Positions 1 through 10,970 are shown, numbered from the stretch's first letter. The stretch: 64,000 bases of DNA from Anaeromyxobacteraceae bacterium (GCA_047602405.1 JASGHJ010000002.1:1280001-1344000), one strand, 5' to 3'. The notes: generated by a model not told the origin, from the sequence alone. Program-made: numbers and translations.

Positions 1-1592
1 TCGGGCTCGAGCGCGCCGGTCGGCCCCCGGCCCAAGTCGCCGCCCAGGGGCGCCGTGAAGGAGACGGTGCGGGTCTCGCCGCCCGCGACCGCGAGCTCGA
101 ACTCCAGGAGGGCAGACGCGTGGAGGAGGGGATCCGTGAGCTCGCCGAGGTCCGGCGCGCCGCGCAGCGCGCGGAGGTCGATGCCACCCTCCATGCCGAG
201 CGCGGTGACCTTCGCGGGCCGGGTCGAGAACGTCGGGCCCGGCCGGCCGTTCACCTCGAGGCGCGGGGGCGCCCAGCGGAGCCGGTCGATGCGGCTCGCA
301 CCCCCGGGCGTGGTGAGGAACTGCTGCGGCGGGTTCACCTGCCAGGGGCGCACCGCGAGGAGGAGCCGGACCGTGCGGGCGTCCCGGCCGCGGTTCACGA
401 TCGCGTAGCGCACGAGCAGGCGAGGCGCGACGCCCGGGCCCTCCGCGGCGGCAGCCACCTCGAGCTCGAGCGAATGGGACACGGCGAAGCGGACCTCGGG
501 CATCGGGAGGTCGCCGTCGCGCAGGCGGTGCGAGATCCCCGCGTCAGCCCAGGTGACGAGCCGCCCGTCCTCGAGCACGAGCGCCGGCTCGACGCTGTAG
601 CCGCCGCGGCCGAGCTCCACGGCGCCGTCCTCGGACAGCAGCGCCGATCGCTCGCCGCCGCCGTCGACCCCCACGAGCGCCCAGAAGTTCTGCTCGCCGA
701 GGAACGCGCGCGGGACGTGCCCGCGCGGCGTGCGGCGGGCGAGCTCGGACAGCGCCGCGTTGAGGTCCTTCCACTGCGTCCGGTCGCGCAGCTCCACGAG
801 CCGCGGCGGCTCGCCGCCCTGCGGCAACCTGAAGCGCAGCACCCGGGCCTCGGTCTCGGGGAGGTGGGCGACCTCGAACCCGGCCGCCGTCCGGCCCACC
901 TTCCGGAGCGTCGTGAAGCGCCGCCCGTCCACGGAGCCCTCGAGCTCGTAGCCGCCGGGCGCGCCGCGGGCGGGCCAGGTGATGGCGACGCCCTCGAGGT
1001 CGCGGACGCGACCGAAGTCCCAGTCGACGGCGCCTCCGGCCCCGCGGCGCACGGTGGGCTCCGGCCAGGCGGCCGGGTCGGGCTCGCGCGGCTCGAGGCT
1101 CACGCCCGTCGTGCAGAGCGCGCCCTTGCCGCCCTCCCGGGCCGCGACGACGAGCTCGAGCGCCTCGGTCCGGCGGAGCGTGCGGTCGGAGATTGGGCCC
1201 CAGGCGAAGCCGAAGTGGCCGCTCTTGAAGGTCACACCCGAGAGCGCCGCGGGGCCCGCCCACGCCGGCCGGTTCACCCACCAGACGTTGTCGCCGGAGG
1301 CGTCGACCACCTTCACCTGCAGGTCGTTCACGGGGCCGCGCGCCTTCAACCTCGTCCTGAGCGCGAACGCCGCCGGCCAGTCGACCGGCCAGGCCCGGCG
1401 GAGCACCGCGTAGCCGGAGACGCCGTGGAAGTCGTACTCGAGGCAGAGGCTGCCGTCGGGATCGCGCGCGAGCCGGGCCTCGACCGCCTCCGAGGCGGTC
1501 GCCGTCCATGCGGCCGGGTCGCGCACGTCGAGCGGGGCGGGGAGCGCAGGTGCGGCGGTGAGCCAGGCGAGGAGGAGCCCGAGCGCGGTCAT
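1..1592 (-). CDS. Secreted discoidin (F5/8 type C) domain-containing protein, partial (runs off left edge)
   Basis: Manual translation from ATG at 1592 (ATGA overlap with permease stop): signal peptide MTALGLLLAWLTAA, then motifs DASGDNVWW, FGFAWGP, WDFGRVRDLEGVAITW, EQNFWALVGVDGG, RPWQVNPPQQFL. Absent from ORF track because there is no stop in the window. Confidence 0.8.
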   Translation of the reverse strand, partial: MTALGLLLAWLTAAPALPAPLDVRDPAAWTATASEAVEARLARDPDGSLCLEYDFHGVSGYAVLRRAWPVDWPAAFALRTRLKARGPVNDLQVKVVDASGDNVWWVNRPAWAGPAALSGVTFKSGHFGFAWGPISDRTLRRTEALELVVAAREGGKGALCTTGVSLEPREPDPAAWPEPTVRRGAGGAVDWDFGRVRDLEGVAITWPARGAPGGYELEGSVDGRRFTTLRKVGRTAAGFEVAHLPETEARVLRFRLPQGGEPPRLVELRDRTQWKDLNAALSELARRTPRGHVPRAFLGEQNFWALVGVDGGGERSALLSEDGAVELGRGGYSVEPALVLEDGRLVTWADAGISHRLRDGDLPMPEVRFAVSHSLELEVAAAAEGPGVAPRLLVRYAIVNRGRDARTVRLLLAVRPWQVNPPQQFLTTPGGASRIDRLRWAPPRLEVNGRPGPTFSTRPAKVTALGMEGGIDLRALRGAPDLGELTDPLLHASALLEFELAVAGGETRTVSFTAPLGGDLGRGPTGALEP

Positions 1593-2425
1593 CCCTTCAC
1601 GCTCCCGACGAGGAGGCCCTGGATGTAGTGGCGCTGCAGGGCCAGGAACAGCACGAGCACCGGCAGGATCGTGACGACCGAGCCCGCCATCATGAGCTCG
1701 ACGTCCTGCACGTGCTCGCGGGAGAGGGCGGCGAGGGCGACCGGCAGGGTCTGGACGTCGCGCTCGGTGAGGATGATGAGCGGCCACATGAAGTCGTTCC
1801 AGGCTCCCAGGAACGAGAGGACCGCGATCGTGGCGATGATGGGGCGCAGCAGCGGCACCACCACCCTGAGGAAGATCGAGCCCTCGCCGGCGCCGTCGAT
1901 CCGGGCGGCCTCGAGGATGTCGTCGGGGATGCCGAGGCAGTACTGGCGCACGAGGTAGATGCCGAACACGCTCGCGAGCCAGGGCACGAGCACGCCTGCG
2001 TAGGTGTTCACGAGCCCCATGTTCTTCAGCATGAGGAAGAGCGGCATCATCGTGACCTGCGCCGGCACGACGAGCGCCCCGAGGAGGAGCCGGTAGATGC
2101 GGTCGCGCCCGGCGAAGTGGAGCTTCGCGAACGCGTAGCCCGCCATCAGGTTGCAGGTGAGGGAGAGCGCGGTCGCCAGCAGCGACACCATCACGCTGTT
2201 CGCCGCCTGGCGCACGATGCCGTGCTCGGTGAAGAGGAGCCGGTAGTTGTCGAGCGTCGGGTGGGCGGGGAAGAACGGGGGCGGGAAGTTGCTCGCCTCG
2301 CCCGCGCGCATGAAGGAGGCCGAGAGCATCCAGACGAGCGGGATGAGCGTCAGCACCGCGACGACGACGAGCGCGCCGTTCACCGCCACCGCGGGGCCCG
2401 AGAGACGGAGCGAGCGGCCGTTCAC
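1589..2425 (-). CDS. Carbohydrate ABC transporter permease (MalG-like)
   Basis: C-terminal part of ORF 1589..3397. GTG start overlaps upstream stop. TM helices and EAA motif ILEAARIDGA. Confidence 0.92.
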   Translation of the reverse strand: MNGRSLRLSGPAVAVNGALVVVAVLTLIPLVWMLSASFMRAGEASNFPPPFFPAHPTLDNYRLLFTEHGIVRQAANSVMVSLLATALSLTCNLMAGYAFAKLHFAGRDRIYRLLLGALVVPAQVTMMPLFLMLKNMGLVNTYAGVLVPWLASVFGIYLVRQYCLGIPDDILEAARIDGAGEGSIFLRVVVPLLRPIIATIAVLSFLGAWNDFMWPLIILTERDVQTLPVALAALSREHVQDVELMMAGSVVTILPVLVLFLALQRHYIQGLLVGSVKG

Positions 2426-3300
2426 ATCGCCCCCTTCGCGCGGCCGACGCGCGCCTGGAGCAGCGTGAAGCCGAACATGAAGACGAAGAGCACGAAGGCG
2501 ACGGCGGAGGCGGCGCCCAGGCTCCACCACTTGAAGCCGTCCTCGTACATCAGGTAGAGGACCGTCACCGTGCGCTGGGCGGGTCCACCCTGGGTCATCA
2601 CGTACGGCTCGGCGAAGAGCTGGAAGTGCCCGGCCATGGTGAGGATGCTCACCATGAGCAGCATCGGGCCGAGCTCGGGCAGCGTGATGTGGCGGAAGGT
2701 CGAGCGCCGCCCCGCGCCCTCGAGGTGCGCCGCCTCGTAGAGCTCGGCCGGGATCGCCTGCAGGCCCGCGAGCAGGATGATCATGTTGTAGCCGAAGTTC
2801 TTCCAGACCGAGAGCAGCACGATGGCCGGCATCGCCCAGGCCGGGTTGCCGAGCCAGTCGACCGAGCCGAGGCCGAGCGCCGTGAGCCCGTAGTTCACGA
2901 GCCCGTAGCGCGTGTGGAGGAGGACCTTCCAGACCACCGCCACCGCGGCGAGCGTCGTGATGACCGGGACGAAGAGCGCGGTGCGGAAGAAGCCCTTCCA
3001 GCGCGCGAGCGGCGAGTGGAGGAGGAGCGCCGCGCCGAGGGAGGCGCCGATGGAGAGCGGCACGCCCACCACCACGAAGAACATCGTGTTGAGGAGGGCC
3101 TGCCAGAAGAGCGGGCGGCGCAGCAGCTCGAGGTAGTTGTCGAGGCCGATGAAGCGGACGTTCCGCCAGGAGGCGAGCGCGTACAGGTCGAAGTCGGTCG
3201 CGCTCATGAGGAGCGCGCCGGCGACGGGCACCACGAAGAAGACCGCGATCGCGAGGAGCGCGGGGGCCGCGAAGAGCCAGCCGGCGAGGGCGCGCCTCAC
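2422..3300 (-). CDS. Carbohydrate ABC transporter permease (MalF-like)
   Basis: FIGLDNY, LYEAAHLEGA EAA loop, multiple TM helices. Confidence 0.93.
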   Translation of the reverse strand: MRRALAGWLFAAPALLAIAVFFVVPVAGALLMSATDFDLYALASWRNVRFIGLDNYLELLRRPLFWQALLNTMFFVVVGVPLSIGASLGAALLLHSPLARWKGFFRTALFVPVITTLAAVAVVWKVLLHTRYGLVNYGLTALGLGSVDWLGNPAWAMPAIVLLSVWKNFGYNMIILLAGLQAIPAELYEAAHLEGAGRRSTFRHITLPELGPMLLMVSILTMAGHFQLFAEPYVMTQGGPAQRTVTVLYLMYEDGFKWWSLGAASAVAFVLFVFMFGFTLLQARVGRAKGAM

Positions 3301-4565
3301 CCGGCCCTCCGGCGGTCGAGCATGAAGCGCCGCTTCTCGAGGAGCCGGTCGGCGCGGGCGTCCAGCTCCTCGGGCACCTTCGACGCCGGGAGGTCACCGT
3401 GCACGACCTTCTCCATGAGGAGGCGCAGCTCCGTCGCGATGCGCTCCCACTCCGGCACCTGCGGCACCGGCCGGACGCGCTCGAGCTGGTCGCGGAAGGC
3501 CTGCGCGTAGGGATCGGCCGCGAGCGCCGGGTCGGCCCAGGCGGAGCGGCGCGCCGGGAGGTTTCCGGTGGTCCGGTAGAACTCCTGCTGGACGGCGGTG
3601 CGCGAGAGGAACTCGACGAGCTTCCAGGCGGCGTCCTTCTTCCGGGAGCGCTTGAAGAGGACGAGGCTCGAGCCGCCGGCGATGGAGGCGCCCGGGCCGG
3701 TCGGGCCGGGGAGGGGCGCGGTCATCCAGGTGTGCTGGAGCTCGGGCGGGAGGCGGCGCTTGAACTCGCCGATCTGCCAGGGGCCGGAGATGTAGAAGGA
3801 GAAGTAGCCCCGCCCGAACTCGTTCCAGACGTTCGCGACCTCGTTGTTGGTCATCGGCGGCGCGAGCTTGCGCTCGTAGACCGAGAGGTAGAAGCGCAGC
3901 GTCCGCAGGAAGCCCTCGCTCCGGAAGTTGCCGAAGCGGTTCCCGTCGCGCAGCAGCGGCTCCGGCTGCTGCAGCCAGAGCGCGACCATCGGCTCGTACT
4001 CGTTGAGCGGCAGCAGGAGCGCGTAGTTGCCGGCGCCGCCCCGGGCCTTGAGCGCCTCCATCATCCGGAGCCACTCGTCCCAGTCGCGCGGGGGCGCGGG
4101 GTGGCCGGCCGCGGCGAGGAGGTCCCGCCGGTAGAAGAGGAGGCGGGTGTCGACGTACCAGGGCACGCCCCACTGCAGCCCCTCGACGACGTTCGTGTCG
4201 ACGATGCCGCGCGGGTAGTCGGCGAGGTCGACCGCCGAGCCGCGCAGGCGCCCGTCGAGCGGCTCGAGCGCGTCGAGCGCCACGAACTCGGGCAACCAGG
4301 TGTTGCCCATCTGCGCGAGGTCGGGCGTGGCGTCGCCGGCGAAGGCGGTGAGGAGCTTCTCGTGGGCGGCGGTCCAGGGGAGCTGCTCGACCCGGACCTT
4401 GATCCCCGGGTGCTCGCGCTCGAAGGCGGAGAGCAGCTTCGTCGCGACCTCGCCCTCCCGGCCCATCGCCCAGAACCGGAGCACCTCGTCGCCGCCGCGC
4501 GCGCACGCGGACGCGGCGAGCGCGGCGCCGCCCTGCAGGAACGCGCGGCGCGACCAGCCGGTCAT
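3297..4565 (-). CDS. Sugar ABC transporter substrate-binding lipoprotein (Tat signal)
   Basis: MTGWSRRAFL...AASAC twin-arginine lipoprotein signal. Motifs FWAMGREG, PDLAQMGNTW, PWYVDTRLLFYRRD. Confidence 0.92.
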   Translation of the reverse strand: MTGWSRRAFLQGGAALAASACARGGDEVLRFWAMGREGEVATKLLSAFEREHPGIKVRVEQLPWTAAHEKLLTAFAGDATPDLAQMGNTWLPEFVALDALEPLDGRLRGSAVDLADYPRGIVDTNVVEGLQWGVPWYVDTRLLFYRRDLLAAAGHPAPPRDWDEWLRMMEALKARGGAGNYALLLPLNEYEPMVALWLQQPEPLLRDGNRFGNFRSEGFLRTLRFYLSVYERKLAPPMTNNEVANVWNEFGRGYFSFYISGPWQIGEFKRRLPPELQHTWMTAPLPGPTGPGASIAGGSSLVLFKRSRKKDAAWKLVEFLSRTAVQQEFYRTTGNLPARRSAWADPALAADPYAQAFRDQLERVRPVPQVPEWERIATELRLLMEKVVHGDLPASKVPEELDARADRLLEKRRFMLDRRRAG

Positions 4566-6036
4566 CCGAGCCATCCGCCGGTGAAGCCGGCCCCGAGGAG
4601 CCCCTTCCGGATGGCGGGGTGCTGGCGGGTGCGCTTCCAGACGAGCTCGCCGTCGGCGTTCGCGATCATCGCGAGGAGCGGGCCGAGCTCGATGCCGAGG
4701 AAGTCGGTGTTCACCCAGCCGAAGCCGGGCTCGTGGCGGCCCTGGGTCGGCGAGGCGCCCGCGAACTCGAAGGTCGGGTTGAAGGCGAAGAAGCCGTACT
4801 TGCCCCAGATGGCCTTGCCGTACCGGGAGTGCATCGCGACGAGCGCGGGCTCCACAATCTCGGGGGCGTGCGGCAGCGACGAGCCCGCCGCGTAGGGCGC
4901 GATCGTGCCGTCGTCCACGCCGCCGGGCCCGCGGGCCGCGTAGCCGTGGAACTGGCGCGAGATCCCGTTCACGACCCTCGCGACCTCCGCCGGGCCGTCG
5001 CAGGCGGTGAGGCCCCAGACGTCCGGGCCGTACGCCGCGCAGCGGGCGGGGTTCGCGATCGCGTAGGCGCGCTGGGCGAGCGTCGCGCGGCGGGTGTTCT
5101 CGAAGGCGTCGAGCCCCTTCGCCCTCAGGTAGGCATCCTGCACGCCCCGCAGGTCGATGAAGCACTGCGGGAACTGGTGGCCGAAGAGGGGCGGGAAGGT
5201 GAGGTACGTCTGGCCCCACTCGGTCTTGAACTGGTTCCAGGCGTCGAGCTTGCTCGTCCAGGCCGCCCAGGCGTCGGCGCCGAGCGGGTTCGTCGGGGCG
5301 CCGATGGCGAGGAGGTAGAGGAGGCCGCCCTCCGAGTTGCCAATCCAGTCGTAGGTCGAGAAGCCGCCCTCCGGGCTCCAGGCGAGCGCGATGGCGGCGC
5401 CGCGCTGCTGCATCCACTTCCAGTCGATGCGGTCGTAGATGGTGTCGACGGCGGCGCGCAGCTCCGCCTCGTCGGCGGCCGCGCCGTCGAAGAAGGCCTG
5501 GGCGTGCAGCATCCCCGCGAGGAGCAGCGCCGTGTCGATCGGCGAGAGCTCGCAGGTGCCGACGCGCGTGCCGGCCGGGTAGGAGAGGAAATGGTAGTAG
5601 AAGCCCTTGTAGCCGGTGATGCCCGTCGCGCCCGGGCCCATCGGCGCGTCGCGGAAGAAGCGCACGGTGGTGAGCGCGCGCGCGAGCGCCTGGGCGCGGG
5701 TCACGTAGGCGCGCTCGACGCCGATGCAGTACGCGGTGAGGGCGAAGCCGACCGAGGCGATGGAGGAGCCCCAGTCGTTGGGCCAGCGGTCCGGCACGAG
5801 GCCGGTGCCCGCGTGCGCCGTGTCCCAGAAGAAGTCGAAGGCCCGCCGCTCGAATCTGCGGGACGAGCTCTGCCGCGGTGAGGGCGGGCAGCGTGAGAAT
5901 CGGGAGGGGGTGAGGCCGGAGGTGAGGAGCTTCCCTTCCCGCAGTTCGCACATCCGGTCAGGGAGGCCGCGGCGAGGCCCCGGAGGAGCTCCCGCCGCGT
6001 GAGGCCGGCGGGGCCCGCGCTGTGGACGCTGGGCAT
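4562..6036 (-). CDS. Glucoamylase-family / GH144-like endo-beta-1,2-glucanase, Tat lipoprotein (two apparent +1 frameshifts near 5855 and 5900)
   Basis: Motifs FDFFWD, GLVPDRWP, SIASVGF, GYKGFYYHFL, ELSPIDTALL, PLFGHQ, WGLTACDGP, DDGTIAP. N-terminus (TRRELL...LTGC) lies in another frame. Length 1475 = 3n+2. Confidence 0.85.
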
Positions 6037-6114
6037 GGCTTCTCCAGGAAGGCTGGGGAAACTCGCCCGCGCAGGCGCCACCTCCGACGCCTGCGCGGGC
6101 GCTCCCTGGCTACA

Positions 6115-9055
6115 CTAGAAGCTGTACGTCCCGGTGAGCTTCACCGTCCGCATCGGGCCGCGCATCGCCGTCGGGATGTCGACCGACAGGTTGTCGAGGC
6201 CGAAGCGGTTCGCCGGGGCGCCGGCGCCGGGCTGGCCGCCGGCCCAGTCGTTGGTCCCGAAGGCGTAGTTCGCCTTGTTGAGGACGTTCAGGACGTCCGC
6301 GCGGAGGACGAAGCCGCCCGGGCCGGCCTTGAAGGTCTTCTGGAGGCCGACGTCGACCTGCGCGAAGTTCGGCTGATCCGAGGAGTACTCGGCGCAGCCC
6401 GTGCTCGGGCAGCCCACGAGGCGGCGGGTGAGGCCGGAGCCCCAGGTCCACCGGCCGGCGAGCTGGACGTCGCCGGGCAGGTCGGCCATGGCGGCCGCGA
6501 CGATGCGGTGCTTGTCGATGAGCGTGGAGTCGTTCCAGGCCCGGTTCGTCTTGCCGTAGCTCCAGTCGAAGATGTCGTCGTTCCAGTCGCGGTGCTTCGT
6601 CTTCGGGTCGGAGAGCGTGTAGGCGATGCTCGCGGTCCAGCGGGAGGCCGCGGAGTACGGCTTCTCGGCCCGGAGGAGGAGGCTGCGGGTGCGGGTCTCG
6701 CCGACCGTGTCGCCGAGGATGAGGGAGCCGTAGCCGTTGGGGCCGCCCCAGAGCGGGTCGAACACCGGCTGGGTGGCCCAGCCGCCGTTCGCGTCGCGGT
6801 TGCCCGAGAACCACTGGAACTGGTTCTTGCCGTTGATCTGGCTCACCGACGCCTCGGCGTTCACGAACGCGATGGCCTGCCGGATGCCGAGGCTCGCCTG
6901 GTCGGCGTACGGCATCTTGAGATCGTTCCGGATGAGCCGAGATCTCGCCGCCCGCCTGCGCGTTCTTCTGCTTCTCGTCGAGCGCGTGGTTCGCCATCGC
7001 GCGGTCGTAGGAGCGGCCCCAGCCGCCGAAGAAGACCGTGTTCCTGTCACCGAACAGGTCGTACGAGGCGCCGACGCGCGGGGCGATGGCGCCGGCGAAG
7101 GACTTGCGGGACTTGCCGTCGGAGATGTAGTCGCCGATGTTCACGCCGCCCTTCGCGAGCGACTCCGCGTAGGTCTGGCCCGCGGGCGGGGTGATGCCCC
7201 ACCGCGCGACGTCCGGCGCGTAGATCGCCGCGACGCGGTCGGCCGGGGTGACGTACGAGTTGTTCAGCATGTTCGTCTCGTAGTCCCAGCGCGCGCCGAT
7301 GTTGACCTCCAGGCGGCTCGTGACCGCCCAGTCGTCCTGGGCGTAGAGGCCGAACTGGGCGTTGTCGAGGGACACGCCGGCCGGGGCCAGCGCGCGGTCA
7401 ATCTGGCACTGGTCGGAGTTCGCGCCGTTGTTCGTCACGTTGTTGCCGGTGCAGTTCGTCCCGTCGAAGAACGGCAGCCCCGTCGCCGGGTCGAGGATGG
7501 TGCGGACCACGTCCACGGACCGGGAGGTGCCGGAGAGCGCGTAGTTGAGCAGGGAGGCCTTGAGGCCGCCCTTGATGACGTTGGAGCGGACGCCCGTGAA
7601 GGTGACGTCCTGGGCGAGGGTGAACCCGCTCTGGGCGCGCTTCTGGTTGTCCGGAGAGCCGCCGTCGTACAGCACGTTGCCGCTCACGGAATTGATGCTG
7701 TTCGTGGGCGAGTACAGGTACTTCATGAGCGGCTCGCTGGCCGCGCTGTGCGGATTCCAGAGCGCGTACTGGTACGACAGCTTCGTCTCGGAGACGAGGT
7801 CGGAGCTGTAGTTCCACTCGTGGACGGCGTCGAACCTGAAGTCGTTGTTCGCGCGGTCCTTGTTGTTGCCCCGCGCCGACCAGGTGCGGTCCTCGGGCAC
7901 GTTGTCGGCCTCGAAGCGCGTGCGGACCGAGGCCCAGACGGTGCGGTTCTCGCCCAGGCGGGCGCTCACCTTGCCGAAGACGAGGTGCTCCTGGAAGGGA
8001 TCCACGAACGCGCCGGTCTTGGAGAGGAGGTCGGGCACGATGCCCTTGTTCGGATCGTACTTGTCCTTCTGGCCCATCGCGACGGTGCGCGAGTCGTCGA
8101 TGTTCTTGTAGTCGTAGGCGAGGAAGTAGTTGATCGCGTCCTCCTTGATCGGGCCGCCGACGGAGACGCCGGCCTCGTTCTTGGAGGAGAAGGGGAGCGT
8201 CAGGCCGTTGCGGGCGTTGTTCCGCTCGAGCGGGGACTGGGAGCGCCACCGCGTCTCGAACCGGTCGAAGTACGCGTCGCCGTGGAGCTCGTTGCCGCCG
8301 GACTTCGTCACGGCGGTGATGGCGGCGGAGGAGACCTGGTCGTACTCGGCCTTGTAGTTCTGGGTGAGGACCTTGTACTCGGCGATCGCCGACTGCGGGA
8401 ACGGGTTGCCGCGGGAGGAGTCCTGGCCCGAGGCGCCGCCGCGGATGATGTTGTTCTTCTGGCTGATGCCGTCGATGAAGACGTTGGAGTTGTTGCGGTC
8501 GGCGGCGCCGGCCTGGAGCTTCGTGTAGCCCGTGCCCTCGTCCACGAGGTAGGCGACGCCAGGGGCGAGCTCCGCGCCCGCGAGGAAGTTGCGGGTGGCG
8601 ACGGGCATCGCCTGCGCCATCTTCTGCGACACCACCGTCCCGACCTCGGAGGTCTTCACCGCCTTGCGGCGGGTGGTCCCGGTGACGACGATCTCCTCCA
8701 CCTTCTCGGCGGACTTGCCGCCCATGGAGAAGTCGACCGACGCCGTCTCGCCGACCGCGAGGGTGATCGCCTCGGTCTTCGCGACGCCGTCCGCGGCGGT
8801 GATCCGGATCTCGTAGTTGCCCGGGGGCAGGCTGGTGAGGACGTAGCCGCCGTCCGCCTGGGTGGTGGTGCGGTAGGTGAAGCCGCTCGCCTTGTTCACG
8901 GCGACGACCGCCGTGCCGGCCGGCGCGACCGTATCACCAGAGGTGATCATGCCCTTGATCGTGGCGGTGCTGACCTGGGCGTACGCCGTGCCGGCGAGGA
9001 CCAGGGCAACCGCCGCCGCGAAGGTACGGCTGCGGAGCACTCGGGAAAGTCTCAT
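6115..9055 (-). CDS. TonB-dependent receptor, probably for oligosaccharides (one apparent +1 frameshift near 6940)
   Basis: Signal peptide, carboxypeptidase-regulatory-like N-domain, plug (EYKVLTQNYKAEY...TKSGGN), barrel motif YAQDDW...NIGARWD. C-terminus GTYSF is in the second frame (ORF 6115..7050). Confidence 0.9.
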
Positions 9056-9187
9056 CGCTGCCTCCATCGACGTCGGGAGAGTGACTGCGGGTTCTTGCGG
9101 GGCGGCGCCGAGGCGCCGGGCTTCTGTGCTGCTGCTGCTGCGCGGTTGTCGAGCGACTGCGTGACGCGTAGGCAGATGGAACGAGTC

Positions 9188-9208
9188 AATTCGGGTAGTG
9201 GTCGAATT
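9188..9208. promoter_or_regulatory. Candidate ROK-repressor operator AATTCG-N9-CGAATT
   Basis: Perfect 6-bp inverted repeat with 9-bp spacer in the AT-rich intergenic region between the receptor and the divergent ROK gene. Same geometry as NagC/Mlc/XylR operators. Confidence 0.55.
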
Positions 9209-9369
9209 AATCTCACATCTGTTACTGTGTGTTCTACCGGGATAAACCCAAGACCCACCTGTGATTCCGGATGTTACCCCAAGAAGCGGTGCGTCACGGT
9301 AATTCACCCTGTGGAAATGCGCAGATGCTGCGTTTTGCCGCAGGGTAGTGGCGACGGGGATGGAGCGCG

Positions 9370-10575
9370 ATGAGCGGCGACCAGGGCCTCCTGAAGCGCA
9401 TCAACCGCATGGCGATCGTGCGCTACGTCCGCGCTCGCCCCGGGCTCGCCCGCGGCGAGCTGGCGGAGCTCACCGGGCTCGCCGACTCGACCGTGAGCGT
9501 CCTCGTGAAGGGGCTCATCGAGGAGGGGTGGCTGCGCGCGCACGCGCTCGCCGAGAGCCGCGGTGCCGGCCGCCGCCCGCAGGTCCTCTCGACCGACACG
9601 ACCCGCCTCGCGCTGCTCGGCGCCGAGGTCGGCGTCGACTACGTCGCCGTCGCCGCGTGCAACATCCAGGGCGACCTCCTCTTCTCCCGCATGGAGAACT
9701 ACCGGCACGAGGGCGTGGAGCGGTCCGTCCGCGACATGGCCGCGATCGTGGCGGAGGCGCGCGCGCGGATGGTCGGCGAGGGGCGCCTGCCGCTCGGCCT
9801 CGGCGTGGGCCTGCCCGGCATGGTCGAGCTCGACGGCACGCTGCGCCTCGCGCCCAACCTCGGCTGGCGCGACGTCTCGATGCCGCCGCTCATCAGCGCT
9901 GCGCTCCAGCGCCTCGGCTGCGGCGACCTGCCCGTCTTCGTGCTCAACGACGCGAACGCGGGCGCGCTCTCCGAGCACGTCTTCGGCGCCTCCGACGCGA
10001 CCCAGTCGATGGTGTTCCTCTCGCTCGGCTTCGGCATCGGCGCCGGCGTCATCCTCGACTCGGGCCTGCACCTCGGCCGCGCGGGCCTCGCCGGCGAGGT
10101 CGGTCACTCGGTCGCGCAGCCCGACGGGCTCCCGTGCACGTGCGGCCGGCGCGGCTGCTTCGAGACCCTCATCTCCCAGCGCGCGATCAGCCGGAGCGCC
10201 ACCGGGCGGGAGGATCCGATCCTCTCGGTGGAGGAGCTCGGCGTGCGCGTCGCGCGCGGCGAGCCCGGCGCGGTCGCGGCCGTCCGCGCGGCCGGCCTCC
10301 ACCTCGGCCTCATGGTCCACAACCTCGTGGTGGCCGTCGACCCGGCGGTGGTGGTGCTGGGCGGGCCGCTGAGCCGCCTCACGCTGCTCGTGGACACCGC
10401 GCTCGACGAGGTGAAGCGGCTCGCCGGCGATTCGCCGCACCACCGCGCGACGATCCGCACCTGCCGCTTCGGCATCCACGCCGGCGTCTGCGGCGCGGCC
10501 GCGAGCGTGCTCGACCACCTCCTGCACCCGCTCGACCGCGGGGCGGGCGTGCGCGAGGCGGCGAACCTCTCGTGA
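9370..10575 (+). CDS. ROK family transcriptional regulator
   Basis: N-terminal HTH (ARGELAELTGL), NDANAGALSE, GIGAG, GEVGH, CTCGRRGCFE zinc motif. Confidence 0.95.
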   Translation: MSGDQGLLKRINRMAIVRYVRARPGLARGELAELTGLADSTVSVLVKGLIEEGWLRAHALAESRGAGRRPQVLSTDTTRLALLGAEVGVDYVAVAACNIQGDLLFSRMENYRHEGVERSVRDMAAIVAEARARMVGEGRLPLGLGVGLPGMVELDGTLRLAPNLGWRDVSMPPLISAALQRLGCGDLPVFVLNDANAGALSEHVFGASDATQSMVFLSLGFGIGAGVILDSGLHLGRAGLAGEVGHSVAQPDGLPCTCGRRGCFETLISQRAISRSATGREDPILSVEELGVRVARGEPGAVAAVRAAGLHLGLMVHNLVVAVDPAVVVLGGPLSRLTLLVDTALDEVKRLAGDSPHHRATIRTCRFGIHAGVCGAAASVLDHLLHPLDRGAGVREAANLS

Positions 10576-10832
10576 GCGAGCGGCGGAGCACGTCCGGCGC
10601 CCAGCGCCGCCCGCACGGCCAGTGGGCCAGGCGGGGCGTCGGCCCCGGGCTCCGGCGCGCCTCCGCCCGGCTCCGCCTCGAGCTCCGCCGCCGCGTCCCG
10701 CGCCGCGCCGGCGTGGCGCCCGCGCCCGTGCCGGAGCTCGCCGGGGCGCCGCGCGGGGGCGGGGGGCGCACGCTCGCAGCGCTCGTCGCCGCCGGGATCC
10801 TCGGCGCGGCGGCGATCGCGCTCCTGCGCTGA
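10572..10832 (+). CDS. Possible small basic protein with C-terminal TM helix
   Basis: GTGA overlap with ROK stop. Ends with hydrophobic LAALVAAGILGAAAIALLR. Confidence 0.35.
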   Translation: MSERRSTSGAQRRPHGQWARRGVGPGLRRASARLRLELRRRVPRRAGVAPAPVPELAGAPRGGGGRTLAALVAAGILGAAAIALLR

Positions 10833-10970
10833 GCGGCGCGCTGCTTCATTCGTTGCCATCCGGGCCGGTTTCCAGCAGATTCACCTGTCCGGTGCTGCCG
10901 GACGGGGGCGGGTCCGTTCATCCCGAGCGTCGGCCCGCGCAGCGGGCCGAAGTCGAGGGACGAGCCCCCC

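Noticed and set aside
9127..9141. Short (TGC)n tract in the receptor leader
   Set aside because: Only about five units, too short to argue for phase variation.
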